A DNA stretch of 64,000 bases from NCBI GenBank assembly GCA_043228905.1, contig JBHGNT010000010.1:16244001-16308000 (forward strand), read 5' to 3'. This DNA is from Azolla caroliniana (taxonomy: Eukaryota; Plantae; Polypodiophyta). The notes below the pieces were generated by a model, which was not told the origin of the DNA, did not search any database, and was given only the letters and a program-made list of their open reading frames with translations. A program made the translations under genes and the position numbers. Shown in pieces: positions 1 to 11,300 of the stretch (position 1 is the first letter of the stretch; each line of letters starts with the position of its first letter).

Positions 1-6
1 GCAAAG

Positions 7-1312
7 ATGACGACGGTACGAACTATAATTGCGCTTGCCGCAGCGAAATGGTGGCACCTCCATCAAATGGACGTCAAGAACGCCTTTCTACAAGGCGAAT
101 TAGAAGAGGAGGTGTACATGATCCAACCACCCGGCTTCAACTCGAGCACCCATCCGAAAGCTGTATGCCGACTCAAGAAGCCTCTCTACGGCCTCAAGCA
201 AGCACCGTGTGCTTGGCATTCGAAGATAACGCAATACCTTCATCAAATCGGCTTTCGTATGTCAAAATCGGACAACTCCCTCTACATACGAAGCGATTCC
301 ACCAGTCCGATCGTCATCATCTTATATGTGGATGACCTAGTCATTGGAGGCGAGCATCTCGTCGAAATCAATAAGGTCAAATCCCTCCTTTCCGACAAGT
401 TCGAAATGACGGACATGAAGGAGCTCCACTACTTCCTTGGCATCGAGGTAATTCGGACTCCGGCCGGAATCATGATCTCTCAACAACACTACATCCTCAA
501 CTTGTTATACAAGTTCGGAATGGCTGAGTGCAAATCTGCAGCAACCCCGCTCGATCGCAATCTCAAACTAGATGTGAACTCCGGCACCAAAGTGTGTGAG
601 CCGACTCAGTATCGGCAACTCATCAAGAGTCTCATCTACCTCACGATCACTCGACCCAATCTCAGTTATCCGGTCGGTCTCTTTAGCCAATTCATGCAAA
701 CACCGCGTGATACTCACTTGGATTGCGTTAAGCGAGTTCTACGATACGTGAGCGGCACAATGGATTGCGGCATCCTCTACAAAACCGCGATGCCAATACG
801 ACTCGAGGGGTACACAGACGCCGATTGGGCCGGCTACAAAGCTGATAGAAGATCAACCTCCGGATTTGTTTTTCTCCCTCAACAGTGGAGCAATATCTTG
901 GAGCAGCAAAAAGCAACCAATCGTCGCTCTTTCAAGCATAGAGGCGGAATATAGGTGCACGGTAGTGGCCGCATGTGAAGCCGTATGGCTCAAAAGGATA
1001 CTCAAGGATCTGGGCGTACCCATCAAGGATCTGACTTCCCTTTACTGTGACAACATGAGCAATATCTATCTGGCTCGGAACCCGGTGTTCCACACGCGGA
1101 TAAAGCACATCAAAGTCCACTATCACTTCATTCGAGAGCGCACTCTAGCTAGCGATGTCGACCTACAACACATTAGCGCCAATCTTCAAATGACCGACAT
1201 ATTCACTAAAGCCTTAGGAGCGAATAAGCTATGGCAATTCATGATCGATCTTGGATTGACGATCCCTGACCTGCCAAGCTTGAGGGGGAGTATTGAAGAC
1301 ACTACACAATAA
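7..1312 (+). pseudogene. copia pol RT-RNase H, frameshifted near 870
   Basis: Frame 7-954 loses homology after RRSTSGFVF; homology resumes in frame 866-1312 (SGAISWSSKKQ). Confidence 0.9.
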
Positions 1313-1546
1313 CGCATAGATTCCGTAATCGCGCACTATGCAATAACGCGTGGATTCCACAACCACGCAACGAAGCCGTGAAGAAAGACGCAAGCCGAAG
1401 CACAAACTTCGCAACTACACACAACGCAAGCTGGAGCACGGATTCTGCAACTCCGCATAAAGCGAGTCGACGCGGACTCCGGAATGTGAGTCGAAGCGGA
1501 TTTCAGATACCATCTGAAACCGACCCGACTTGAGCTTGAGGGGACG

Positions 1547-1885
1547 TGTTGAGAATCAAGCTCAACTTGGTCTAGTGTGTGAACTCACCTTGAGAGTGAA
1601 TAGACACTCCAACGGTCAAGAGTCACCATTAAGTCACCACTTTGTATTCTAGCATTTAGTATGAATCATAGAATCATATTCTATGACATATAACTTATGA
1701 GCTTTCACATTCCCTATGCTCCATGAGTCTTGTAGTTAATGAAGAGAGAGGGTGACTATATAAAGCACCCTCCTCCCTCTTTGTAAAATGTTGAGTCTTT
1801 CTCCTTTGTTAATATACTTAACCTTGCGTATACTCTCTCTCTCTCTCATACACACACATACAGTTCACACCTATTCCGCTACACA
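1547..1885 (+). repeat. copia 3' LTR
   Basis: Starts TGTTGAGAATCAAGCTCAAC after the PPT, TATATAAA near 1757, CT/CA microsatellites, ends CCGCTACACA; same 5' motif as LTRs at 21278-21703 and 30968-31402; right end approximate. Confidence 0.7.
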
Positions 1886-3331
1886 AGGATCATACACGAT
1901 TCTTTACATTGATAAATTAGAAGAAGATGAATAAGGTTGCAAGAGAAGAAGGATTGAATGCCCTCAAATTGATGCAACATGTTATCTTATTGCTTCTATA
2001 TGTAAATGATGTGGTACTCTTCTCATATGATGTTGATAGTATGAAACATTTACTCGGTGTATTAGAAGAAATTTGCCATAGTATTGGACTAGCAGTGAAT
2101 GTGGAGAAAACAAAAATGATGGTATTGCAAACCATCCAACCTCATCATTACCCTATGCTCACATATAGAGGAGAACATATACAATTTGTTCAAAGCTTTA
2201 AATATCTTGGTATTGATGTACCCACCACAAATAAATGGAGTGTGTGCTTTGATTCTAGGCTCTAAGTTGGTTGGAAATCGTATTACCTTTTGGAGAACCA
2301 ATGCAACCAAAGTGATACTTGTGGATGGGAAGTAAAACTAATGTTGTTCAATGCCATGGTAACTCAAGTATTGCTTTATGGAGTAGAAGTATGGGGTGGC
2401 ACCATCTCTCTTAATGCATGGAATGAGATCGAGAAAATTCAAAAGATGTTTTTAAGGAGGCAATTAGGAGTTAAATGCACTACCTCTTACTAGATCATGC
2501 TCTTGGAAATAGGTGTTCAACCCATAGAACTATTGGCACTCCAAAGAGTATATAAATACATTACAAAAGTCAAGAATATGTCAAATCATCGATTACCACA
2601 TCTTGCTTGGAATGTTAGATGTAAGCTACAAAAGAATCATAAAAGTAAGATTCTCTCATCCGGTTGGGTTGTTGACATAAGGAAATGGTTTAGAAGATGG
2701 GGTGTGGATGATCTTTTAGAGCTTTCGGGCAATGCTATGCAATATGTAATGATTGAGGAAAGGTTGGTGGAATCATTAAGGATGAAGTGGGAAGATGCTA
2801 AGAGGACAAAGCTAGAATACTACATTGCAAATGTCAACCTTGAATGTTGGTCTCAATATAAAGCAAGAATTCCTATTGATAGTATCCAACCTTATTTCAT
2901 TACCAATATGAGTAGTAATGCTCGTAGAGCCCTTTCACCACTTCGCACTCGACCTCACAAGTTAGGTATTGAAGTTGCATCATGGTGTCAAAATGTAACG
3001 GACTTGAAGACATGCAAAGTATGCAATGAAGGCATGGTAGAGGATGAATGTCACTTGCTCTTCACATGCTCAACATATAGTGCAATTCATTCAAGATATG
3101 CTGACATACTAAGAGGGAGTGATAACTTAAGTGCCATACTTAAGACACCATCGAGAAGGTTGAGCTCATATGTGTATGCTTTATTCACACATAGAGACTT
3201 TGTGCTTCAATGTATGAATACCCCTTCTTAGAAAGGAGACACATATCAAGAACACATGTATACTCTGGTCCCATAGGTCAAAATTGGCCTCTTTATGGAC
3301 GATAAAAAATTCTAATTCTAATTCTAATTCT
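1886..3331 (+). mobile_element. 5'-truncated RTE-type LINE (RT C-terminus plus Cys/His domain), degenerate
   Basis: Broken ORFs 1927-3231 with LLYVNDVVL (YADD box), VNVEKTK, FKYLG, LLYGVEVWG and CKVC..EDECHLLFTC; ends in an (AATTCT)n tail at about 3308-3331, typical of RTE-clade 3' ends. Confidence 0.85.
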
Positions 3332-3854
3332 TAAAATTAAGTGATTAACTTTGTGAATCTTGGGTTCTATTAAGTTATTAAACATGGTGCATTGTTATGT
3401 GTTAATTGATTAACTTTGCGAGTCTTGAATTCTACCAAGTAATTAAACACAATGCATTGTTTTGTGTGCCATTAAGTATGAGTGTTTCAAAGAGTGAACT
3501 TTGTCCCATTGTATCACATGTGTAATGCATGTCCAACCACTTCGCTTGTCTTGTCAACTACAAGCATAAGTGGTTTCACCCTTTCACCCTTGGATGACAA
3601 GGCAATCACGATTACCATGTGATTGTTCTCCTAGTTAAGAAGTTGTTGCCCAAGGCTGACTAAGGATAGCCTAGGAAATACCTCAATCGCTTGATGATTG
3701 TCTTGGCATACATATACCCCAAAACCACGACCAACAATATGAATCGTGGCTATGTTGTTATCCTCATGTCTTAAAGGCATCATTGTAGACCTTGTTTTTT
3801 TACAGTCCATAGTAGCTAGCATTTAGAAGATGATGTAGTTCCTACTTGCAAATT

Positions 3855-3992
3855 GCAATCGGCAACGGTTTGGTTTAAAACAGTTTTCCGGTTTGATTCG
3901 ATTCGATTCAAGTTTCAAAATTTTTAAACGGTTCGGGTTTAGACCGGTTTGGTATTCACACTCTCGAACCGAATCGAACTGTGGCTGATTGT
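3855..3992. mobile_element. MITE-like element with imperfect TIRs
   Basis: CAATCGGCAACGGTTTG versus reverse complement of CGAACTGTGGCTGATTG (13/17 match); flanked by direct repeat TACTTGCAAATT at 3843-3854 and 3993-4004. Confidence 0.6.
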
Positions 3993-4486
3993 TACTTGCA
4001 AATTATTCACCATTAGAGCCAACCATTCATTCAACAACTTTGGGGAGCCTTTGTTTTGGCCCTAGAGCTAGCTATTCTCCACCCCAAGGTATTAAATTTT
4101 AATAGTAGAGTAGAAGCACTAATTGTAAGAATCTGGGTATGATCGAAACCAAGGAACCAAACACTGTATGAAAGAGAGATGATGCTGAGGAGTGGCCAAA
4201 GGCTTCGTGGTGCTGTCACCTGTTTCTTCTGCTTGCTAAATCTAAAAAATTATTCGACTCAAAAGCAATGGGAATCATTTCAAGCATCACCATTTCCTAC
4301 CAAACACAGCCCAGATTCTACATGCATGCACCAAATGTTTCAAGCTATGGCTTTTCTTCGTGTTCTATTTTCACTCAGGACCAGACAGAATAAATATTGT
4401 CATAGCCTACCGTCTCTAAGGTGTTCTTGGTTATGTTGAAAATTATTAACCTATCGGTTGGAATCATATTTATCATAATGTAGATT

Positions 4487-7009
4487 ATGTATGTGTCAAA
4501 GGAACTCATCTACGGTCTTTTAAGAGAATGTATCCACAAGAAGGACCTTAAAGGTGGAAGGAGAGTTCAATGTATTATCATCACTAATGGGTTTTTCCAG
4601 ATTAACATACTAAGCAATAATCTCATCAGACTCTATGCTTCTTGTGGTTGCTTGCTAGAGGCAAACCTAGTATTTTGCAGCATTCCCCAGCCCAGTGTGT
4701 TATCATGGGAAGCCATTATCTCAGCTTATGCTTCTTCGGGACGACACGATGTCGCTTTAACGTTGTATCATACCATGAATGTTGAAGGAATTGAGGTCAA
4801 TCGGTGCATCTTTCTTTCTATTCTCAAAGGCTCTACTTCAGATGGTTATGGTGTGAAAAGAGGCATGATTATACACAACGAGATTATGAGAAACGGGTTT
4901 GATTCAGATAAAGCTGTCATGAACAGCTTGATCGATATGTATGCGAAGTCTGGCAATCTCGATGAAGCTCAGAAAGTGTTTGACAAGACCATGAATAGAG
5001 ATATCGTGTCATTCAGTGTGATGATTACCGGATACACACTTCACGGGTATGGATCACTGGCACTCAGCTTGTTTGAGAAGTTGCATGAACAAGACGAGAA
5101 ACTGGACAAAGTCACATTTCTGACCACATTGAAAGCATGTAGCAATGAGGCTTCAGTAAGGCAAGGAAGGTTGATTCATGGTGAGTTAATCGAGAGTGGA
5201 TTTGAATCAGATATGTTGATTGGAAGTGCAGTCGTTGATATGTATGCCAAGTGTGGGAGCCTTGAGGAGGCACAAAGAACATTCGACATATTGCAAAACC
5301 GGAACATTATTTCATGGGGTGCATTGATTTCTGGATATGCCCAACATGGCTATGGCAATGCTGTACTTCAGCTCTATAATGAAATGGTCATGTCTAATAT
5401 TGTTCCAGATAAAGTTATATTTGTCTGTGCTTTAAAAGCATGTGGTAGCATTCAATCCATTGTTCATGGCAAATATATACATAATCAGATCATTAGAATG
5501 GGGCATATATCAGATCCGATCGTTTCTAGTGCTTTGATTGACATGTATGGGAATTGTGGTAGCTTAAATGAAGCTCAGAAGGTATTTGATAGCTTACCAG
5601 TTCAAGATGTGGCTATATGGAATGCCTTGATTTGTTCATACACTCGACATAATCAAGGTCATTCTGCCCTTAAGCACTTCCAAGAGATGCAAAAGGGCAC
5701 TATCAAGCCCAACAATGCCATCCTTGCAAGTGTTCTCAAGGCATGTAGCATTATTGGGGATACAATGCAAGGTTTAATACTCTATGATCAAGTCATTAGA
5801 AGTGGGATGGATTCTGATGCTATTGTAGGAAGCTCTGCTGTCGATATGTATTCGAATCATGGAGCTATTCAAGAGGCTCAGAAAGTATTTGACATCTCAC
5901 CCAAGAAAGATGTTGTCTTGTGGGGTTCTCTCATTGCTGGATATGGCCAGAATGGCTATGGACTCTTGGCATTATTGGTATTTGAGAAAATGCAAAAGAA
6001 GCACGTAAAACCCAGTAGCTTTATATTCTCATCTGTTCTAAAGTCATGCACAATGATCGGAGCTTTAGAAGAAGGACAACTGATTTATGATCAAATTCTC
6101 AAAAATGGTCTGGAGTCAGATGTTATCATTGGAAATGCACTAGTCAACCTGTATTCGACCTGTGAAAGCTTAGAAGAGGCAAGGAATATATTTGATCGAG
6201 CTGTGCATCTCGATATGGTATCTTGGAATGCAATGATCTCGGGATATGTCAGGCAAAGACATGCGATTTCTGCATTGGAACTTTTTGATCAAATGCAACG
6301 GAGTCCTTGGGTGAATCCAGATAAAGTCACATTCTCATGTGTTTTAAAAATATGTGGTAATGTAGGAGTCTTGGGGACAGGAAAACATATACATAGTGAA
6401 GTGTTGAAAAATCAACTGGAATCAGATGTTGTTGTTGGAACTAGTCTTATTGACATGTATGCTACTTGTGGAGCTTTGGATGAGGCACGGCAAGTGTTTG
6501 ACACCTTAGAGAATAGGAATTGGTTCTCATGGTGCGCGTTGATTGCTGGTTATGCCCAACATGAGAAATGGGACTTTGCAGTTCAATGTATACATGAAAT
6601 GCAATGCCAAGGCCTTAAGCCAGATGATAGAATCCATACGATCATGCTTGCTTCATGTAGCCAATTAGGGGAACTAGATGAAGGATATCGATATTTCAAG
6701 TCTCTAAAGGAAGTCTATGGGTCTTTGCCAAATGAGGAACATTTTAACTGTATGATTGACTTGTTTGCTAGGAGTGGGAATTTGAGCGAGGCTTTAGAGA
6801 TACTTAAAACAATACCGACTTCACCTGACATCATAGGATGGATGTCTCTTCTTACTGCCTCTGAGAAGTTCAGTCATACAGGAATGGGTGGGGATTGCTT
6901 TAATGAAATTGTTCAAATCAATCCGACTTTTCCGGTAGCGTACATGTTTATGGCAAATATTTACTCTGATTCGAATATGTCAAGAAATCTTGTAGCATGC
7001 AATCAATGA
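4487..7009 (+). CDS. PLS-class pentatricopeptide repeat protein (organellar RNA-editing factor type) with E1 motif; E2/E+ tail out of frame, no DYW seen
   Basis: 840-aa intronless ORF with repeated P-L-S triplets (e.g. SLIDMYAKSGNLDEAQKVFD, ISWGALISGYAQHG, VTFLTTLKAC), then P2-L2-S2 and an E1-like motif (PDIIGWMSLLTA...YMFMANIYS). Confidence 0.92.
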   Translation: MYVSKELIYGLLRECIHKKDLKGGRRVQCIIITNGFFQINILSNNLIRLYASCGCLLEANLVFCSIPQPSVLSWEAIISAYASSGRHDVALTLYHTMNVEGIEVNRCIFLSILKGSTSDGYGVKRGMIIHNEIMRNGFDSDKAVMNSLIDMYAKSGNLDEAQKVFDKTMNRDIVSFSVMITGYTLHGYGSLALSLFEKLHEQDEKLDKVTFLTTLKACSNEASVRQGRLIHGELIESGFESDMLIGSAVVDMYAKCGSLEEAQRTFDILQNRNIISWGALISGYAQHGYGNAVLQLYNEMVMSNIVPDKVIFVCALKACGSIQSIVHGKYIHNQIIRMGHISDPIVSSALIDMYGNCGSLNEAQKVFDSLPVQDVAIWNALICSYTRHNQGHSALKHFQEMQKGTIKPNNAILASVLKACSIIGDTMQGLILYDQVIRSGMDSDAIVGSSAVDMYSNHGAIQEAQKVFDISPKKDVVLWGSLIAGYGQNGYGLLALLVFEKMQKKHVKPSSFIFSSVLKSCTMIGALEEGQLIYDQILKNGLESDVIIGNALVNLYSTCESLEEARNIFDRAVHLDMVSWNAMISGYVRQRHAISALELFDQMQRSPWVNPDKVTFSCVLKICGNVGVLGTGKHIHSEVLKNQLESDVVVGTSLIDMYATCGALDEARQVFDTLENRNWFSWCALIAGYAQHEKWDFAVQCIHEMQCQGLKPDDRIHTIMLASCSQLGELDEGYRYFKSLKEVYGSLPNEEHFNCMIDLFARSGNLSEALEILKTIPTSPDIIGWMSLLTASEKFSHTGMGGDCFNEIVQINPTFPVAYMFMANIYSDSNMSRNLVACNQ

Positions 7010-7301
7010 AGATTGTCAATTCTTGGAAGAAGCCAATAAGGGCTTGTATTGAAATTGGCAATATATTGCATGAATTAGTTGCAGGTGATGAAACATGTGC
7101 ACCAAATAGTGGAGTGTCCATAAAGGTTACTGGAAGGTATTAACTACATGCAGAATTTTGAAATCGAGGAGCCTAAGTTCAAATAGATTAATGCAGGTTC
7201 TTTGGTAGAATTTGAACCTATAAACGAAGAATAAACTTCGTGAGAAATGATAAATTAAGTTGTGGAATATATTTTTAAAAATTAGGCAAATACATAGCTT
7301 C

Positions 7302-7422
7302 AAGGCAAAACACCCAATTACATTTGTTGGGTATTTACAAGATTATCTCGAAGTAGTTTGGTGCTACATAAGGGTATTTCTGTAAATACCCAACAAGTTA
7401 GTTGCATTTGGTATTTTCCCCT
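7302..7422. repeat. small foldback / MITE-like inverted repeat downstream of the PPR gene
   Basis: TTGTTGGGTATTTACA (7324-7339) is the exact reverse complement of TGTAAATACCCAACAA (7381-7396), with weaker outer pairing. Confidence 0.55.
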
Positions 7423-8334
7423 TTAAAATAAATTGGGGAATTGCAACATAATCCACCTATAAAATAGAATTCCTAATGTCCAACTGTGTGTCATCATAAA
7501 ATCCTCACATTGGTAAGATTGACATGGAAACCTTTTCCTTATTAAAATCTCACATAATTACATATATATCTTTAGTCTAGCATTGTGTTCGTTATGATTT
7601 TCAATTAACAATGGTACATCTTATGGATTACATGTTTAGATAAAAATGCAATCGGAAATGGATACAATCTGATAATGTTCAGTCAATCATTATGTATTTG
7701 ATGACCTAATGACATAGCTAATCAAGATGGGACAAATGTCCTATGCAATGTAGTTGACAATGTCCTAGGGCTATAACCAATGGAAGATATTGACTACAAA
7801 AGATGCTAATCCAAAATCTGAGACATTTGAAGTGAATAGAATGAGGTTTTGAGTTTGAGTTTAAAGAATACATTGTGTGTGATTTTCTATGAATCATTGT
7901 TTTATGATCTTGTACATTCTTAGTATTATTTTGGTATTCATGTAAGATATATCAAAAAAAAGTTAATTCTTGCAATGGAAGACATTGCCAAACTGACAAG
8001 ACATCTAGTGTATGGATACCTTGGCATCGATGCGTCATTATTTACATTGTTTGACCTAGCTTTATATATTAGAGAAACAAAGTGCATCCTCTTTTTTTCT
8101 TTCTATCCTACAAGCTACAACATATATATTGATTGAGTTTCTATAAATGAGCCAACATGACTCTTAATAAGAAATATATGATCTATCTTAATTAAATATA
8201 CTATTGGTAAGTAGAAAACATGTATATATATGTATCTTAATTATTTAACATGGAAAAGCTACTTGGAGAAAAGTGGCTCTTAGTGAATTCAAAGGGGAGA
8301 GAACAAGGGCGAAAAAAAGGCCCCTACATATGAT

Positions 8335-11300
8335 AGAGCTATGTCGATAGAGCTAACGATACAACACCTGATGCGGCACACAAGGACTTCCTAGTGTGGG
8401 AACAAGCGGCAAGCAAAGTGATGTACTGCTTTGCGTCCAGTGTCGGAGACCAGATGCTGAGCCATGTCCGAGATGCCAAGACGCCAAAAGAAGCTTGGGG
8501 AAACCTGAAGAAGGTTTTTGCAACAAGTACTATAGCCCGGAAGCTGCAACTTCGATAGGAGTTGAGCAATGTCCGATAGAAGGACATGTCGGTAGCCAAT
8601 TACATGGCCCGAATCAAAGAGATTTGTGACTCACTTGCCTCTATCAACGTCACTGTGGAGGAAGATGAGATGGTACAGATCTGTCTTGGGGGCGTTCCGA
8701 ACGACGGTATGTACAAGGGAGAATACACTGTCATTTTTCGACTTACATTCGATGCTCCTTGTAGAGGAGAACCACGCCGGTGCATCAACAAGTGCACCCA
8801 CCGACAGTCGAATGTTGTACGCGGAGGCGGATCAGCCCCATGGGCGTGGTGGACGAGGTGGGTCAACTCGCAATGGTAGCGGCCAGCAAGAGCAGGACCG
8901 AAGGCACAGAGAACGTGCCGACAACAGTTCCGGACCCTCCACAAGCATGGGGAGTCAAGGCGGCGCCAGAGGCCGGCAAGCAAGGGCCGACGCGGAATGC
9001 TGGTATTGTGGTAAAAAGGGCGCGCTGATTTGGATAGATCCGGATCCGGTAAGGCCGGCAGAGAGAACCGACAATACTCACACTACGCAGAAGGATCAGG
9101 AGGATCCAAAACCGGAAAAGCTGGTAAAGGGAGCCTTGGTGATGAAACACGAGGCTAACTCGATGAAGAAGACCACTTCCAAATCGGAGGAAGTGTGGTA
9201 CGTTGATTCCGGTGCGTCGAATCACATGATGAGCCACAAAGAGTGGTTCTCCTTCTTGGAGAAACCGTAACAACCGAGAGTCGTTGAAACCGGAGATGAC
9301 ACTCCTCACCCAATCGTGCATGTCGGAGAAGTCCCTTTGAGCCACGTCGGACAGAGGGGGAAGCTGATGAACGTATTACACGTTCCGACTATCACGAAGA
9401 ACCTAGTGTCAGTCGGTCAGATTATTGACCAGGGAATGCAGGTGCGGTTTACGCACCTTGGGTGCTTCATCGAGGAAGAGGGCCAGATTATTGCGCAAGG
9501 GCGCAGAGATGGGAGGATGTTCATCCTCGACACCAATAACGTCGGCCCCGTTTTGTTCGCCAAAGGATAGAAGATTGAATCGGATATTGATCTCTGGCAC
9601 AAGCGGATCGGCCACGTCAATTACTGAAGGCTTCAAGACCTGCAAATGAAACAAGTTGTTTCCAGTTTGCCGAAGTTCAGTGGCCGGAAGGTCCAAATAT
9701 GTGAAACCTGCCAACTCAGGAAGCAACATTGGCTTCCATTCCCCACCGAACGAAACCGTAGCCATAACAAGCTCGACCTTATTCATTCGGATGTATGGGG
9801 ACCGGCACAGAACATCAGTCTTGGCGGGAGTCGATACTTCGTCTCCTTCATTGACGACTACAGCCAACACACATGGATCTACCTCATTGAGCGGAAGAGC
9901 GAAGTCTTTGAGTGTTTCCGGAACCTGCAAAGCCTGGTTGAATGGGAAACGGAGAGGAAGATCAAGTGCCTGCGGTTGGATGGCGGAAAAGAGTATTTTC
10001 CGGCCAATTCAACAATTATCTACAGCAAAAAGGAATTCGGAGAGAGTTCAGTTGCAGATACACACCGGAGCAAAACGGTGTGGCCGAGAGGAAGAACCAG
10101 TCAATTATTGACGCGGCAAGGGCAATGCTCGAGAAGAAGAGCATGCCCAAATTCTATTGGGCTGAGGCGGTCCAGACGGTGTCTATATCCAAAACCGGAT
10201 CGGTAACAAGCTGTTTGCGCATGAGTTGTATTTTGGGCGCAAGCCGAATTTGAGACACCTTTGTATATTCGATAGCATTGCATATGTGCATGTGCCGAAT
10301 GAGAAGCGGAGGAAGTTGGATGCAAAGTCAGAGAAATGCATCCTGGTCAGTTACTCACATGAGCAAAAGGGATATAAGTGTTATAACCCCCGCACGAAGT
10401 AGGTCCAAGTTAGCCGGGATGTTGAGTTTGATGAGACGGCATCATGGTATGCCTTACCGGCTCCGACTTCCGACGCCGACCCGATACTGGAGCATGAGCC
10501 TAGTTAGCCTGAACCGGTCCAGTTAGAAGACAAAGGGTTCGAGACTCTAGATGTGAGTCCAGAATCGCTTTGGTTGAGCAGACCGAATGAGCGGTTGAGT
10601 CAAGATGACTAGTCGGATGAGGAACCAGCGAGTAGTGGAGACTCTGCTATGTTTTACCTGCGCAAGGAACCGAGGAGACGGTTCACGCGCAAAGAGAAGG
10701 GGAAGAAGAAGATGCCGGAATACAAAACCGGCAACGTTGAGTCAGATTGGAGCAAATCCGACTCCGGGAAGGTTGAAGGCGGATCTTTTGGAACGAAGTC
10801 TGAACCAGCCAAGAAGGGCCTCAAACCAGGTAACGATAGGCTACGCCGGTCTTCTCGCCAGAAGAACTCCATGAAGCGGTACGGGTACAATGAGTACATG
10901 GCACATCATTATGCGTACATGACCAAAGTGACGGAAGTGCATGAGCCAGAGAGCTACACAGAAGTGGCAAAGAACGCAAATTGGCGTGCCGCTATGGAGG
11001 AAGAAATGCGAGCACTTGATGCCAACGACACATGGGACCTAGTTGACCCTCCCCGACACTGTAAACCGATTGGATGTAAATGGGTGTACAAGGTAAAGTA
11101 CAATGTCGATGGTTCGATTAACCGGTACAAGGCCCGGTGAGTGGCGAAGGGATACACGCAGACCCACGGAATCGACTACGACGAGACCTTCGCTCCGGTA
11201 GCGAAGATGACGACGGTTCATGTGGTGCTAGCGGTTGCTGCGGCAAGGGGGTGGCATCTTCACCTGATGGACGTGAAGAATGCATTTCTTCAAGGCGATC

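Larger units (their letters stand above)
1..1885 (+). mobile_element. 3' part of a Ty1/copia LTR retrotransposon (RT, RNase H, PPT, 3' LTR), truncated by the window start
   Basis: ORF 7-954 has copia RT motifs (HQMDVKNAFLQG, YGLKQAP, LYVDDL); ORF 866-1312 is RNase H (YCDN, KHIKVHYHF, DIFTKAL); PPT-like TTGAGGGGACG immediately before TG at 1547. Confidence 0.95.

Noticed and set aside
4179-4483. Upstream exon encoding a transit peptide for the PPR gene
   Set aside because: The obvious GT-AG intron (4421-4483) does not join it in frame with the PPR ORF; it cannot be supported without transcript data.
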